This document shows, piece by piece, positions 62,279 through 64,000 of a stretch of DNA of 64,000 bases. The DNA comes from an uncultured virus (IMG/VR IMGVR_UViG_3300032562_000011) (lineage: Duplodnaviria; Heunggongvirae; Uroviricota; Caudoviricetes). The translations under genes were made by a program, and so were the position numbers. Each line of letters begins with the position of its first letter. Position 1 is the first letter of the stretch. The notes below the pieces were generated by a model that saw only the letters and a program-made list of their open reading frames with translations, did no database searches and was not told where the DNA came from. The stretch lies in the IMG/VR virus record IMGVR_UViG_3300032562_000011. One strand, 5' to 3'.

Positions 62279-63501
62279 ACAACGAAGCAAAACTATTAAG
62301 TAAAGTTATTGAGAGCCGTAACCTTGGATTAATCTTAGAGCGCGGAGTTGATGCAGAGTGGTTTGCTGATGCAAACGATAAAAAGATATTCACCTTCCTG
62401 CAAAAACACTTTACCTATTATCAAGAATGTCCAAGCCTTGATTTGGTAATTGAAAACTTTCCTACATATAGTCTTTTAAAAGTAGAAGACAACATTGAAT
62501 ACTTTTTAGACAGGCTTGTAGCAAGCCGCCGTAAGCTTTCAATCATTCATACGATTGGAGAAGCCCTCACCTCTATTGAAAAAGAAGCAGACCATGAGAG
62601 CGCACTGCTTGCTATGGAGCGCGGAATTATACGATTGGAAGAGGCAGGCCTCACCAAGTCTAATGATTTGGAAATTACTAAAGCAGCCAAACACGCTAAG
62701 ACAGAGTACGAGTTCCGCAAAAACAATCCAGGACTACTAGGTATCCCAACAGGTTTTCCCACTATGGATGAATCTACCTCGGGCTTACAACCTGGTCAGC
62801 TCATTGTTATCGTTGCTCCACCTAAGACTGGTAAATCTACATTAGCTTTGCAGATTGCTATTAACTGCCAGCTTGAGGGCAAGGTTCCTATGTTCATGTC
62901 CTTTGAGATGAGCAACAACGAGCAGAAGAACCGTTACTACGCTATGCGAGCTCGCATTGCATACAGGCGTTTAATGACGGGTACGCTTACTACTGAAGAA
63001 GAAAGTCGTTTCTATACCAAAGTAGACGCCATCCAAGATATGGAAGACAAGTTCCACTTTGTTGACTCTTCCAACGGGCAGACCGTTAGTTCTGTAGCCA
63101 GCAAGGTGCAGAGTAAAAACCCAGATATCATCTTTATTGACGGTACCTACTTGATGATTGATGAGGTGACTGGGGAATCCAACACCCCGCAATCAATTAC
63201 TAACATTACTCGTAGCCTCAAGCGTTTGGCGCAAAAGATTAATAAGCCTATTGTTATCTCAACGCAAGCGCTTTCATGGAAGATGCGTGGCGGTCAAGTT
63301 ACCGCTGACTCAATCGGTTACTCCTCTTCTTTCCACCAAGACGCCGACGTTATCTTTGGTCTACAGCGTGAGGACGAGGCCGTAGATGACACTCGCCTAC
63401 TGCGCGTTATCGCCAGCCGTAACTCTGGTCTTACCGAGGTTTCATTGACATGGGATTGGGATACCGCTACATTCCGTGAAATGAACGAGGATGACCTGTG
63501 A
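62275..63501 (+). CDS. dnaB: replicative DnaB-like helicase
   Basis: GIPTGF; APPKTGKS; SFEM; IFIDG.YL; STQ; QDADV. Confidence 0.93.
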   Translation: MNNEAKLLSKVIESRNLGLILERGVDAEWFADANDKKIFTFLQKHFTYYQECPSLDLVIENFPTYSLLKVEDNIEYFLDRLVASRRKLSIIHTIGEALTSIEKEADHESALLAMERGIIRLEEAGLTKSNDLEITKAAKHAKTEYEFRKNNPGLLGIPTGFPTMDESTSGLQPGQLIVIVAPPKTGKSTLALQIAINCQLEGKVPMFMSFEMSNNEQKNRYYAMRARIAYRRLMTGTLTTEEESRFYTKVDAIQDMEDKFHFVDSSNGQTVSSVASKVQSKNPDIIFIDGTYLMIDEVTGESNTPQSITNITRSLKRLAQKINKPIVISTQALSWKMRGGQVTADSIGYSSSFHQDADVIFGLQREDEAVDDTRLLRVIASRNSGLTEVSLTWDWDTATFREMNEDDL

Positions 63502-64000
63502 CAGTTGATGAAATGACTTCTACTCTTGAGCGCTTAGGGCTTGATGTCCTAGGTTCTCATGGGTACGAGATTCAAGGTCAATGCCCTGCTCATATTGAGC
63601 GCACGGGTCACGCTGACCGTAATCCGTCTTGGTATATCAACGCTGATACGGGCGCACACATATGTTTTTCTTGTGGCTGGAAAGGCAACCTTTACAGTTT
63701 AATTGCGTACGTAACCAAAGTTGATTACGAAAAAGCTAGTGAATGGCTTGGCTCTGTAGATAGTCTTGTCTCTAGGTTTAATGGATTACAGAAAGTAACT
63801 AAGCCTAAGATAGAAGAGCCCACGCACATCACGGGTTCCATGTTACGCGCTTTCTCTACCCCACCAGATTACGCGCTTAACGCTAGGGGCTTGAGTAATA
63901 CTGCTGTTACTACCTACGGGATTCTGTGGGATGAGCGTAATCGAAATTGGATTATTCCTATTAGAGACCCCCACAAAGACACTCTATTAGGATGGCAAGA
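63498..64000 (+). CDS. dnaG: DNA primase, N-terminal part (truncated by window end)
   Basis: GTGA overlap; CPAH...NPSW...CFSC..KG zinc finger; RG...IIPIRD. Confidence 0.85.
   Translation, partial: MTVDEMTSTLERLGLDVLGSHGYEIQGQCPAHIERTGHADRNPSWYINADTGAHICFSCGWKGNLYSLIAYVTKVDYEKASEWLGSVDSLVSRFNGLQKVTKPKIEEPTHITGSMLRAFSTPPDYALNARGLSNTAVTTYGILWDERNRNWIIPIRDPHKDTLLGWQ

Noticed and set aside
1..64000. prophage, integrase or extracellular contractile injection system
   Set aside because: No integrase or host genes seen; capsid, portal, terminase and replication genes indicate a complete phage.

Overview
About 64 kb of a large tailed dsDNA phage with a contractile tail. The host is most likely actinobacterial, based on WhiB, a PASTA domain, an Rpf/SLT-type transglycosylase and many leaderless TANNNT promoters. 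Layout: (1) a palindrome-rich non-coding start with three perfect DnaA boxes, followed by a minus-strand mini-gene block; (2) a tRNA-Ile(UAU) and a mosaic early region of small genes; (3) accessory virion genes, including a 14-Cys 'ladder' protein and its paralog cassette; (4) WhiB, SLT and lysis genes; (5) intein-containing terminase and portal, scaffold and major capsid; (6) collagen-like and glycine-rich fibres next to an FkbM/TPR/propeller cassette; (7) neck, sheath, tube, chaperone with probable +1 frameshift, tape measure and baseplate; (8) a replication module (initiator, DnaC-like, DnaB, primase). Most notable: the symmetric cystine-ladder cassette at 12.4-15.9 kb, a C(T/A)GA(C/T)-N18-NANNNT late promoter class, an intein in the portal, a mobile beta-sandwich domain repeated about 11 times across four virion proteins, and several deletion scars including a homing-endonuclease remnant at the capsid gene end. 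All calls are from motif recognition by eye; no database searches were run.
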